From contig JASHWA010000013.1 of NCBI GenBank assembly GCA_030044325.1, positions 1-41,467 of the forward strand: a stretch of 41,467 nucleotides of DNA. Direction: 5' to 3'. The stretch comes from Bryobacteraceae bacterium. GTDB lineage: Bacteria > Acidobacteriota > Terriglobia > Bryobacterales > Bryobacteraceae. Below the pieces are notes generated by a model. That model did no database searches and was not told where the DNA came from. It was given only the letters and a program-made list of their open reading frames with translations. Positions 1-7,856 of this stretch are shown here, in pieces. Each line of letters begins with the position of its first letter. Position 1 is the first letter of the stretch. The translations under genes were made by a program, and so were the position numbers.

Positions 1-604
1 CGCCGTCTTTCGGCTTCTCGCGGCGGCGACATCGCTCGCAGGCCGCGCGTGCCGACTCGGTCGATTGTTTGGCCGCGGCGAGCATACGTTCCTGCTCCTC
101 GGGCGAGAACGCCTTGCCGGGCGAAGGATCCACCCGCAGTTTCAGCGCCTTCTCATGCTTCAGCCTGGAACGGATCATTTCGCCCTGCTCGCCGCAGAGC
201 CGCAGCAGCATGGCGACTTCGTCGTTGATCGTCTTGGGACTGGCCTTCTCCTTCCGGCGTGCGGCCTGGTAGCGTTTCACCACTTCGGGTGTGATCTCCA
301 TCACCAGGTGGTTCCCGAGCCGTCGCGTCACGTGCCCGAGTGCGTATTTGGCGAAGGTATGGGACTGGTGCTTGGCTTTGTAGTCAGCTAGGAACTCATC
401 GGCCGCCAGTTGAATCGCCTTCCGCTGCTGCTGCCGGGATTCCTCTTCGACGACCTGGCTGTAGCTTTTCTCCACCCGCTCCCGCTGGCGACGCTCCTCG
501 GCGATGGCCTGCTGCTTGTTCGTCTTGCCGGTGGACCCGCGGTAGCGGTGCCCGTCCACCTGAAATACATAATGATAAAACCTGCCGTTTTTAAATATGC
601 TCAT
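1..604 (-). CDS. Tyrosine recombinase / phage-type integrase, N-terminal portion (the gene runs off the window start)
   Basis: Absent from the ORF track because it is truncated. My own reverse-strand translation from the ATG at 604 reads MSIFKNGRFYHYVFQVDGHRYRGSTGKTNKQQAIAEERRQRE...FLADYKAKHQSHTFAKYALGHVTRRLGNHLVMEITPEVVKRYQAARRKEKASPKTINDEVAMLLRL. This is the arm-type N-terminus plus SAM-like core-binding pattern of phage integrases. It lies 48 nt downstream of an excisionase-like gene. Confidence 0.8.
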   Translation of the reverse strand, partial: MSIFKNGRFYHYVFQVDGHRYRGSTGKTNKQQAIAEERRQRERVEKSYSQVVEEESRQQQRKAIQLAADEFLADYKAKHQSHTFAKYALGHVTRRLGNHLVMEITPEVVKRYQAARRKEKASPKTINDEVAMLLRLCGEQGEMIRSRLKHEKALKLRVDPSPGKAFSPEEQERMLAAAKQSTESARAACERCRRREKPKDG

Positions 605-652
605 TTAACCTGATTTGCCTCGGACACATTGGGGCTCTGTCTGTCAGAACAG

Positions 653-940
653 TCAAGCGGCATTTCGGCGGGGACGTCCCGCTCCGCGTGCGTCTTCGCT
701 GCCGCGCGTTTTGCCGCCGCCGCCGGGCTGCGATTCCAGGAACGCCGTGATGTCGCCGAGCCTGTAGCGGACGCTGGTGCCGCCGATTCGGCGGAAGGGG
801 CAGCCGATATTCAACCGCCGCTCCCGCTGCAATGTCTTCACGCTGCAGCCACGGATGGCGGCGTACACGTGTTCATCAACCCAGGCCCACGGGACAGCGG
901 GCACCTGGGTCAGATCGATGACGCGGCGGGGGTCACTCAT
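653..940 (-). CDS. Excisionase / AlpA-like helix-turn-helix DNA-binding protein
   Basis: 95 aa. The segment VDEHVYAAIRGCSVKTLQRERRLNIGCPFRRIGGTSVRYRLGDITAFLE matches the excisionase-family (MerR-superfamily) HTH pattern. The gene sits directly upstream of the integrase on the same strand. Confidence 0.7.
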   Translation of the reverse strand: MSDPRRVIDLTQVPAVPWAWVDEHVYAAIRGCSVKTLQRERRLNIGCPFRRIGGTSVRYRLGDITAFLESQPGGGGKTRGSEDARGAGRPRRNAA

Positions 941-1017
941 AGAAAATGTCCGTCATTGAACACGCTCGCAACAGACGTCGACAACGAAGCTCGATTTTAT
1001 GCGGATCGGGACGGCGG

Positions 1018-1045
1018 TCATTAATGATGGCAGGCGATAGCTATC
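1018..1045. promoter_or_regulatory. Two adjacent perfect 10-bp palindromes (TCATTAATGA at 1018-1027, GATAGCTATC at 1036-1045) in the divergent xis / 1161+ intergenic region; candidate operators
   Basis: Read directly from the sequence. They lie between divergently transcribed genes. A further CATATATG palindrome lies at 1073-1080. Confidence 0.35.
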
Positions 1046-1160
1046 AGGCCGGTAGCTCGCCTTTGGAGTAGGCATATATGTCCTCTCTTTCTGAGAAAAA
1101 CGACTTGCTTTGCTGCCGGAGAAGAGCGTCGATGGTGTGGGAAAAGGAGATCCCGAACAC

Positions 1161-1784
1161 ATGAATACCTATACGATCGACTCGGAAAACAATATAATCG
1201 CCGGGGCAGTAGCCGGCGAAAACACGCAACAGTTCGGCAGCCAGAAGGAACTGGCCAGGCTCGCGGCCGAATGGCCGATGGCACGCCTCGTCGAGGTCTG
1301 GAACGGCTTCGCGGGCGTGGTACCTTTCGACGACCTGAAACCGGTGAAGAAGTTTCAGACGCGTGATATCGGGGTATACCGAATCTGGACCGCGATCACC
1401 CGGCTGGATAAAGCTACCGCGCCGGAAACCGAGGCCGCGCCAAAACCGGAGAGCGCGCCGAAGGCCGACGCGACGTCGAGGTCCCGGCCCGCCAAGAAGG
1501 AAGCCGCCAAGAAGGAACCGGCAGCAAAACCGACGAAGGCAGCCGCCAAGAAGCGCGGGCGCGCCAGCAGCCCGAAAGCTGGCCTGGTCTACGAGCGCGA
1601 ATACAAGGGCAAGAAGTACGTTCTGCGCAGCGTCGAACACGACGGCAAAGTCATATTCAAAGTGCGCGGCGGCGAGACGTATGACAGCTTGACCGCCGCG
1701 GCTAAGGGCGTGACCGAGTACCCCAGCATCTCCGGACCGGCGTTCTGGGGGCTAGGCGCGACGGATACGGGCGCTGGCGAGTAA
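1161..1784 (+). CDS. Hypothetical protein with a DUF2924-like C-terminus and a Lys/Ala/Pro-rich linker
   Basis: ATG at 1161 is preceded by AAAGGAGA. The C-terminus YKGKKYVLRSVEHDGKVIFKVRGGETYDSLTAAAKGVTEYPSISGPAFWGL resembles the DUF2924 pattern (Y.SLSaiAr.iTG..wnGp.FFGL). The N-terminus contains LVEVWNGFAGVVPFDDLKPVKKFQTRDIGVYRIW. The track ORF begins at 1110; I prefer 1161. Confidence 0.65.
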   Translation: MNTYTIDSENNIIAGAVAGENTQQFGSQKELARLAAEWPMARLVEVWNGFAGVVPFDDLKPVKKFQTRDIGVYRIWTAITRLDKATAPETEAAPKPESAPKADATSRSRPAKKEAAKKEPAAKPTKAAAKKRGRASSPKAGLVYEREYKGKKYVLRSVEHDGKVIFKVRGGETYDSLTAAAKGVTEYPSISGPAFWGLGATDTGAGE

Positions 1785-1808
1785 CGAAGAGCCCGGCTGA
1801 CCCAGCGA

Positions 1809-1837
1809 GGCGCGGAGTTAAAGCTCCGCGCCTTTTT
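1809..1837 (+). terminator. Rho-independent terminator after the 1161..1784 gene
   Basis: GGCGCGGAG (1809-1817), a 6-nt loop, then CTCCGCGCC (1824-1832) followed by TTTTT (1833-1837). Confidence 0.65.
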
Positions 1838-1882
1838 CGTCTTGATGCGGCCAGGTCAATGGCGCTTATTCCAAGGCCGGGT

Positions 1883-1958
1883 TAACGGCATTCAACGCTC
1901 GGTCACCGGCTTTCAAGGCCAACTCACCGGCTTTCAATTGCCTTTCATCGCCGTTAAA
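1883..1958. repeat. Two 14-bp direct repeats TCACCGGCTTTCAA (1903-1916 and 1924-1937, 21-bp period) bracketed by inverted 8-mers TTAACGGC (1883-1890) and GCCGTTAA (1951-1958)
   Basis: Read directly from the sequence. Located in the convergent intergenic region between the 1161..1784 gene and the SprT-like gene. Confidence 0.5.
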
Positions 1959-1971
1959 CCGCGCCCCACCG

Positions 1972-2679
1972 CTAGTTCTTCAGTGTATTCGGAAGTTTCG
2001 CGTGCACTATGCTCTGGTTGTCGGGCGATGCGTCGACAGGCGCGCCAAACTGCCTTAAGCGCTCCATTTCCAGATGCCACGCGAAGTCCTCGTCCGTGGA
2101 TGTGCCGGTTGCAACATGCGCCATGAAATGGATCAGCAATTCGTCCATTTCGCGGAACCCTACGCAATGCGTCATGGACAAGTAAATCTCATGGGCCGCG
2201 TGATCGATGTCACTGCGCGGGAATTCGTCACAGTCCCCCGGGGCCCAAACCGTGATGTCATACACCGCGTGGACGCGGTAGTCTGGCAGAGTGCCCCCGA
2301 AGTACTGGTTGTTGAACTGGTGAAACCTTGCTTGATACCATTCCGATTGGCTGATGTTCTCGGCGCGATGAAGTTCTTTACACAAAGCGAGAACGCGCTC
2401 CTTGCCGATGGCCTTGCATAGCGCTGGTTCTTTGTCCAGGACGCATTCGGCGGTCGTGACCGGACACGTCCCGCCGTAATCCATGAGTTGGACTATCCAA
2501 TATTTAATGATCGACCTCAGCAAAGCCTCGGCGCGATCGTAGTTGACAGTTGACACTTCATCTTTCATGACGTTTTCTTTCTTGGGCGAAACACGGTTAA
2601 TCCCGTCCTTTGGACCGGCGTGTTCCGCGGTGTGACCGAGCCCGTTGACGGCGGGCCCAAAGCTGCCTTTCTGCTTCAT
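1972..2679 (-). CDS. SprT-like domain protein with a non-canonical HFMAH in place of the HExxH zinc site
   Basis: FHQFNNQYFGGTLPDYRV...IYLSM...MDELLIHFMAHVATG fits the SprT-like family pattern (f..fN..yFgG.Lp ... LlHEmaH). The start is uncertain: 2679, or the internal ATG at 2568. Confidence 0.65.
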   Translation of the reverse strand: MKQKGSFGPAVNGLGHTAEHAGPKDGINRVSPKKENVMKDEVSTVNYDRAEALLRSIIKYWIVQLMDYGGTCPVTTAECVLDKEPALCKAIGKERVLALCKELHRAENISQSEWYQARFHQFNNQYFGGTLPDYRVHAVYDITVWAPGDCDEFPRSDIDHAAHEIYLSMTHCVGFREMDELLIHFMAHVATGTSTDEDFAWHLEMERLRQFGAPVDASPDNQSIVHAKLPNTLKN

Positions 2680-2748
2680 TTTGTTTCTGGGCTTCTCTTT
2701 CTCGATTTCGACCCAACCTTCAGCGGTCGGTTATCGCGATGATTCAAT

Positions 2749-3219
2749 TCATAAACTGGACCATGGATCATCAAGTGGATTGGTCCGTTCCTTCGGCGCA
2801 ATGCTCGCCCTCATGCGGACCAGCGGGGTGCCGCCGATTTTCTCGAGCGCGGCCAGATACTCCTTCATGGCCGATTGCCTGGACCGCAATGCGGTGAGCA
2901 GCACCTCGGGTTGAAGGTTGTTTCGCTCACACATTTGATCCAGCCGCTCCAGATTGTCCTCATGGCGGGCGGCGACCGCGATGCATCGTGAATCGATCTG
3001 CTTCACCGCGATGCCGGCGGCGACCAGATCGAGCATGATCTCCATCCAGCGATCCGCGACCGCGCGGGATAGTCCGCGCGGACAAGTTGGAATGTCGCTG
3101 ATATCTATCTCGGGCGCATCGGTAGCCTCCTTTCCTAATGCCAATGCGCGTTTCTGCTTCTTCAATTCAGCTCTCCAACGCTGCGAACCGGGTGTTCGCA
3201 TCGGCCCACGTTGTCCCAT
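2749..3219 (-). CDS. Phage terminase small subunit-like protein (P27 family-like)
   Basis: IPTCPRGLSRAVADRWMEIMLDLVAAGIAVKQIDSRCIAVAARHEDNLERL ... AMKEYLAALEKIGGTPLVRMR follows the P27-type small-terminase pattern as I remember it (P.cP..L...a...W..i...L...g.l...D...l ... e.GlTP.sR.r). Not confirmed by any search. Confidence 0.55.
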   Translation of the reverse strand: MGQRGPMRTPGSQRWRAELKKQKRALALGKEATDAPEIDISDIPTCPRGLSRAVADRWMEIMLDLVAAGIAVKQIDSRCIAVAARHEDNLERLDQMCERNNLQPEVLLTALRSRQSAMKEYLAALEKIGGTPLVRMRASIAPKERTNPLDDPWSSL

Positions 3220-3748
3220 TTTTTATGAATCCTTTCTCGCCGAAGCAGGTTATTCACGTTGTTTCGGCGCTGCTGTTTCGAGTCGAAAATCGGCGATTTT
3301 CAATCGCTTCGTGTTTAAGCCGGTCAAAGGGAGGCACCTGCGAGAGGTGCACACCTTTGAGGCGAAGTTCAAAACCTGCGGCCGCGCGTAAAGAGGCAAG
3401 CCGTGGTCTGCAAGCCTTTTGGTTTCAAGATGTTGCCTACCCCGGGGGACCTGCAGGTTTACAATGCAGCCCTTCGGCAAAGTTTGTCCTTATGACGGCG
3501 GCGCTGCTCGCGGTAACAACCCAGATAAGGATACGAGGGCGGCGTCCCAGCCGTGGGCACGCCGCCACGTTCGGCCCCGTTGGCGTTTCTGCGCGCAACG
3601 TCAGCGACGTCCGCGGCGCCTGGCCCGTTCCTACCACCCTGGCCTTACCAAACGACGTCGCCCGCGTGGGCGCCAAACAGGGGATAATCATTTTGTTTCA
3701 GAGGTGTGGTGTCATGCCTCGGAGCGGAGGCCGCACGCGGCCGTGACC

Positions 3749-4600
3749 CTACTCCCCGCCTTCCGGGCGACTCTCGAACCGCGTATAGTTGGCACGGAAC
3801 ATCAGCGGCACCCTGCCGATGGGACCGTGTTTTTGTTTGGCGATCAACAGGTCGGCCAATCCCTTCACCTCTTCGCGATCCGGCTCGTACCGCTCTTCCC
3901 GGTGGATGAAGGCGACCACATCCGCGGCCTGCTCGATCGATTCGGGGAGGTCGCTTAATTGCGGCTTATGATCCCGCTGGTGGGTTTCGGTCGCGCAGCT
4001 TGACTGCGATAGGACCAGAAACGGCACGCACAGATCGCGAGCCATGCGCTTTAACCCGCGTGAGAGCGTGCTCACTTCCTGATCGCTGGTGGCGTCACTA
4101 CCGTCCTCCAGCGGCTCCGATCCCATGAGTTGCAAGTAATCGACGATCACCAGATCAAGACCACGCCGGGAACGCAGCGCGAGTAGCTTTTCGCGCATGG
4201 TTGCCAGCGTCACCCCAGGGCCATCATCGATGAACAGCGGCATCTTGCGAATTTCGTGAAGGGCTCGCTCGACCCTCGCGCGCTCTTCACCGTCAACGGC
4301 GCCCATACGGTATTTCATGTTGTCCACACGGGCGCGATTGCAGAGGATACGATCTAGGAGGGATTCGCGCGCCATCTCGAGCCCGAACACGGCGACCGAC
4401 TTGCCACTGGCCGCTACATTGGCGGCGATCTGCATGGCCAAGGCGGTCTTGCCGGCTGAGGGCCAGCCCGCCAGTAGCCACATCTCGCCGCGGTGCAGGC
4501 CGTTCGTCATCTTCTGGAGGCACGGGAATCCAGCATCAAGCCCGGCATCCCGCGAGAAGACGGACGTGCTGTTTGTGAGTGCGTATTTCTTGGATTGCAT
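3749..4600 (-). CDS. DnaB-like helicase, C-terminal (RecA-type) domain only, with degenerate late motifs
   Basis: Walker A is LAGWPSAGKTALA and Walker B is DLVIVDYLQLM. LSQSS...KPQLSDLPESIEQAADVV replaces the canonical LSDLRESGSIEQDAD. AAGGA lies upstream of the ATG at 4600. Confidence 0.85.
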   Translation of the reverse strand: MQSKKYALTNSTSVFSRDAGLDAGFPCLQKMTNGLHRGEMWLLAGWPSAGKTALAMQIAANVAASGKSVAVFGLEMARESLLDRILCNRARVDNMKYRMGAVDGEERARVERALHEIRKMPLFIDDGPGVTLATMREKLLALRSRRGLDLVIVDYLQLMGSEPLEDGSDATSDQEVSTLSRGLKRMARDLCVPFLVLSQSSCATETHQRDHKPQLSDLPESIEQAADVVAFIHREERYEPDREEVKGLADLLIAKQKHGPIGRVPLMFRANYTRFESRPEGGE

Positions 4601-4896
4601 AAATTCCTTTTCTTCCGAAGCGGATCATGGTACTGCAGTGCCGGCGATGACCTTAGTGTTGCCGAAGTCCTCTGGTCCGCTTGCGGAAACTGATCTACAA
4701 CCGGCACATGTTGCGGCTTTGCGCAAAACGCGCATTTCAGCGCGAAAAACGAAACAGGGGTAGTCAGACTACCAGCCCAACGCCGTCGAGCGTTTCTAGC
4801 GCGAGAGAAGCCTGTTTCCCGCTGAGTCGCGGGGTTTTAAGAATAGCGGCGCGGCGCGGCGCTGCTCCAGCTCCTTCGTGCTTAACACACCCTTCC

Positions 4897-6237
4897 TTAC
4901 TGCTCAGTGATGCGACAGTATGGACCTTCCAGCCGAAGTCGCACCGAAGTACCACGCACGCCGTTGCGCTGTTTCCCGATGATCAGGTCCACGACATCCT
5001 TGTCGGCGTTGTCTGCCCTGTCCCGATTTCCCGGCGCGTCCAATAGGAGAACAGTATCGGCGTCCTGTTCGAGGCTGCCCGAATCCCGTAGATCGTTGAG
5101 CTGCGGCCGGCGAGATTCGTTCTCGTTGGCCCGGTTCAACTGGTGGGCGGCGACGATCGGAATGTTGTAATCGAGCGCCGCCAGCTTGAGCCTCCGCGAG
5201 ATAGCGCTCACTTCCTGGTTGCGGTTCTCAAACCTTCCACCGGGATCGACCAGGCCGAGATAATCCACGACCAGGAGGCCCAGGTTTGGAGTGGCCGCGA
5301 CTTTCCCGATAATCGTCGAGAGCGACCGCATCTTATCGCTTATTTCCAAGGGACAAGATCCGATCCGTTCGAGCGTGTCCGCAACCTTAGCGCGCCAGTC
5401 AGCCTGAAGATCGCCGCGGACCAGAACCGCGTGGGGAATGTCGCCTTCCGCGCTCAGTATCCTCTTTAATAGGTCTGCCTGCGGCATCTCCAGGCTGGCG
5501 AAGAGTACGCGGTGATTATTCTTGGCCGCGGCGAGTGCCCATTGCAGACACGCCGTGCTCTTGCCGACGCCGGTTCGCGCTCCGACCAGCCAAAGCTCGC
5601 CCGGCCGCAGGCCGCCGTTGGTTACATCATTGAGTCGTGCCCACGGGCTTGGAATGCAGCCGCGCGGAGCGGCCAGCAGGTTATCGATACCGATCGAAAA
5701 GACGGCGTTGCCAATCGTGGGCGCGTCCGTGGCGGTGGGGGCATCGAAGGTGCCCGCAATCATCCGCAGCTCGGCCTGGGTAGCGGCAAGTTGTTCGGCA
5801 GCATCGGCACCGGATTCAACGCCGAGCCGCAGCCGCTCCGAGGCTTTCCAGATGCGGCGTTCGGCAGCCTTGGATTTCAAATCGCGAACCCACTGCTCGG
5901 GATTCGAAACATCCACCATGTTGTCGAAGGCCAGTGAGGAGAGCTGTGGCAAGCCCAGGCCCTCCGACGAACTCCGTTCGTTGAGCACGTAGCGGTAGCA
6001 CTCGGAGAGGATGGGATCGCCGCCGGATTCGTGAATCCTGCGGGCGAGATTAAAGACACGCCGGTACGACTCGACGGCAAAGCAGTCATCGCTGAGCTGG
6101 GGACCGACGCGACGGAAGAAGCCCGGCTGGACAAGGATGTTTCCTATAATCAGCCTCTCGGCTTCTGCATTGATCAGGCGCTCGGGTCCGGCGTTTTCAG
6201 CGGAGCGCTTTCCCGCTGATTGCCGCGCGGTCTTCAT
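4897..6237 (-). CDS. dnaB: Replicative DNA helicase, DnaB family (full length)
   Basis: The N-terminal DnaB domain reads AERLIIGNILVQPGFF. Walker A is GARTGVGKSTACL, Walker B is LLVVDYLGLV, and the late motif is HQLNRANE...RPQLNDLRDSGSLEQDADTVLLL. I chose the start at ATG 6237 because it overlaps the TGA of the upstream gene (ATGA). The track ORF extends to 6282. Confidence 0.9.
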   Translation of the reverse strand: MKTARQSAGKRSAENAGPERLINAEAERLIIGNILVQPGFFRRVGPQLSDDCFAVESYRRVFNLARRIHESGGDPILSECYRYVLNERSSSEGLGLPQLSSLAFDNMVDVSNPEQWVRDLKSKAAERRIWKASERLRLGVESGADAAEQLAATQAELRMIAGTFDAPTATDAPTIGNAVFSIGIDNLLAAPRGCIPSPWARLNDVTNGGLRPGELWLVGARTGVGKSTACLQWALAAAKNNHRVLFASLEMPQADLLKRILSAEGDIPHAVLVRGDLQADWRAKVADTLERIGSCPLEISDKMRSLSTIIGKVAATPNLGLLVVDYLGLVDPGGRFENRNQEVSAISRRLKLAALDYNIPIVAAHQLNRANENESRRPQLNDLRDSGSLEQDADTVLLLDAPGNRDRADNADKDVVDLIIGKQRNGVRGTSVRLRLEGPYCRITEQ

Positions 6238-7127
6238 TGAACTGGCTCGCCCCGCACAAACTGCTCGGTAGCCGGGTCCCATTTCATGCCGGTCGCGACG
6301 GAGGGAGCCTGCTCTAGAGCTGGCTGCCCTCGCTGTGCATCTTCACGGAATACTGGCGGATGGTCCAAATAAAGACCGTCGGCGATGAACTTCTCCATGC
6401 TGGGGATGAAGCGTCCACCGTCTTCCCTGAGAGAGCGCTCCCATTGATCACAGGCGAGATGGCGCCGCAATCCCTCCATCAGCCGGTCATGCTCACCCTG
6501 TTTGCCGCTAATCCTAGAAACATACGCCCGGCATGAGGATTCCACCCTGACGTTCCGCTTACATTCCGGGTAGGCTTCCCTGAACTGATCCCACGGATTG
6601 AATTGGCGAGCGTCGCTTGAATCGCGCGCTCCTGTATCCGTTTCGAGATCTGTTTCTGTTTCGGATTCGGATTCGGGGCAGCAATCGGCCGCAGGTGGCG
6701 GCAACTCGCGGCCACTTGCGGTCACCTGTCCGCACTCTGCAGTCATCTGCCCGCACTCTGCGGTCAAGTGTCCGTCAACGGCGGTCGATTCCTTCCCAGA
6801 AGGCGGCGGATACTTACTCTTCATCCGCCTCAGCCGCTGGTGAAAGTTCCACAACTCGATGTAGGGTTTGCCGCTTACCTCGTACCGCCGGATCAATCCG
6901 GCTGTCTCGCAGGCGTCCAGATAAGTGCAGATATCCTGGACGGATACTGCGTCGATCATGAGCGGATACAGGGCGGCACGGAGTAGCGCCGGGAGACCAT
7001 CGTGGCGGCCATAGTCATCGACCACATTGAACAACCTCCGGTAGAAAACTTCGCATTTCGGATCGAGCGCGATCTTATTGACACGCTCGCTCGTGAGGAT
7101 CCCCTCACGAATGACTCTACTGGGCAC
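6234..7127 (-). CDS. Putative replication initiator / replisome-organizer-like protein
   Basis: GTG start at 7127 with AAGGA upstream. The N-terminus REGILTSERVNKIALDPKCEVFYRRLFNVVDDYGRHDG...YPL...AGLIRRYEVSGKPYIELWNFHQRLR resembles prophage replication and winged-helix proteins I recall. It is translationally coupled to dnaB. The central linker carries 7-aa repeats and an acidic ESESETETDLETD tract. Coding confidence is higher than function confidence. Confidence 0.6.
   Translation of the reverse strand: MPSRVIREGILTSERVNKIALDPKCEVFYRRLFNVVDDYGRHDGLPALLRAALYPLMIDAVSVQDICTYLDACETAGLIRRYEVSGKPYIELWNFHQRLRRMKSKYPPPSGKESTAVDGHLTAECGQMTAECGQVTASGRELPPPAADCCPESESETETDLETDTGARDSSDARQFNPWDQFREAYPECKRNVRVESSCRAYVSRISGKQGEHDRLMEGLRRHLACDQWERSLREDGGRFIPSMEKFIADGLYLDHPPVFREDAQRGQPALEQAPSVATGMKWDPATEQFVRGEPVQ
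6705..6788. repeat. Four tandem 21-bp repeats (iteron-like) inside the initiator-like gene
   Basis: The units are CTCGCGGCCACTTGCGGTCAC, CTGTCCGCACTCTGCAGTCAT, CTGCCCGCACTCTGCGGTCAA and GTGTCCGTCAACGGCGGTCGA. They encode the ECGQ(M/V)TA heptad repeats. GATTCG repeats and a T-rich stretch follow at about 6640-6680. Confidence 0.6.
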
Positions 7128-7856
7128 TGGGCCCGTCCTTTCTGCCCATCACCTAAACATCAAAGAACGGCGACCGGCGAAGCGCCGCAGCCGCCCGGGA
7201 TGGGGCAACACGCAAAAGTAAATTTTGGGATGGGTTACGAAACGAATCGATGCAGAGTGTATTGCCATGGCTCCTCAACTGCCGTGACCATCGATCGAAA
7301 AAGCAAGGTTCGTCCTACAGCGTCCGCAATGAGGTTAGGAATTTCTCAAACCGACGTGCGAGTTGTACACTACTCCGCTTGTGCGCGCGATTAATTAACT
7401 CGCGGTATCGCGGGCGGCGCGCTGCATCCAACATGCATCTGCCGCTCTGTGACTGCGAATTTCCCGGTATCACCGGTCCTCCTCGAAAGCTGCCGAAGGC
7501 GCCGTAAAATGCCCGGCGCCGTTCAGTTGGCGAGTCGATGGGTACAGTAATTCGGGGCGTGCGCCGACTGCCGACCACGCGGTGGTCGATCGCAAAAAGC
7601 AAGATCCGCATCGTGGCTGACAATGCGGGCCCGATTTTCATCGAGAGCTTTCGGCGACGGTTAAGCCGAAGATCTTGACTACGGAATGTGTCCACCGCGT
7701 GACAACGTGGACATGCGTGCCTGGCGTGCTTGGCGCAATGCGGCAAGGTCGGTATACGGGAACCGCTTGTGCGCTTGCCCGCGCGCGGCGACCCGCGGGC
7801 GCGGCACTGCGTAAGCGGCCAGTAACCGGCGAGCCCCGGTATCGGCGTAGTGCCTA

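Noticed and set aside
1044-1640. 198-aa minus-strand ORF overlapping the 1161..1784 gene
   Set aside because: The + strand ORF has a good RBS, a DUF2924-like C-terminal motif and a terminator. The minus ORF is Arg/Gly/Leu-rich with no motif.
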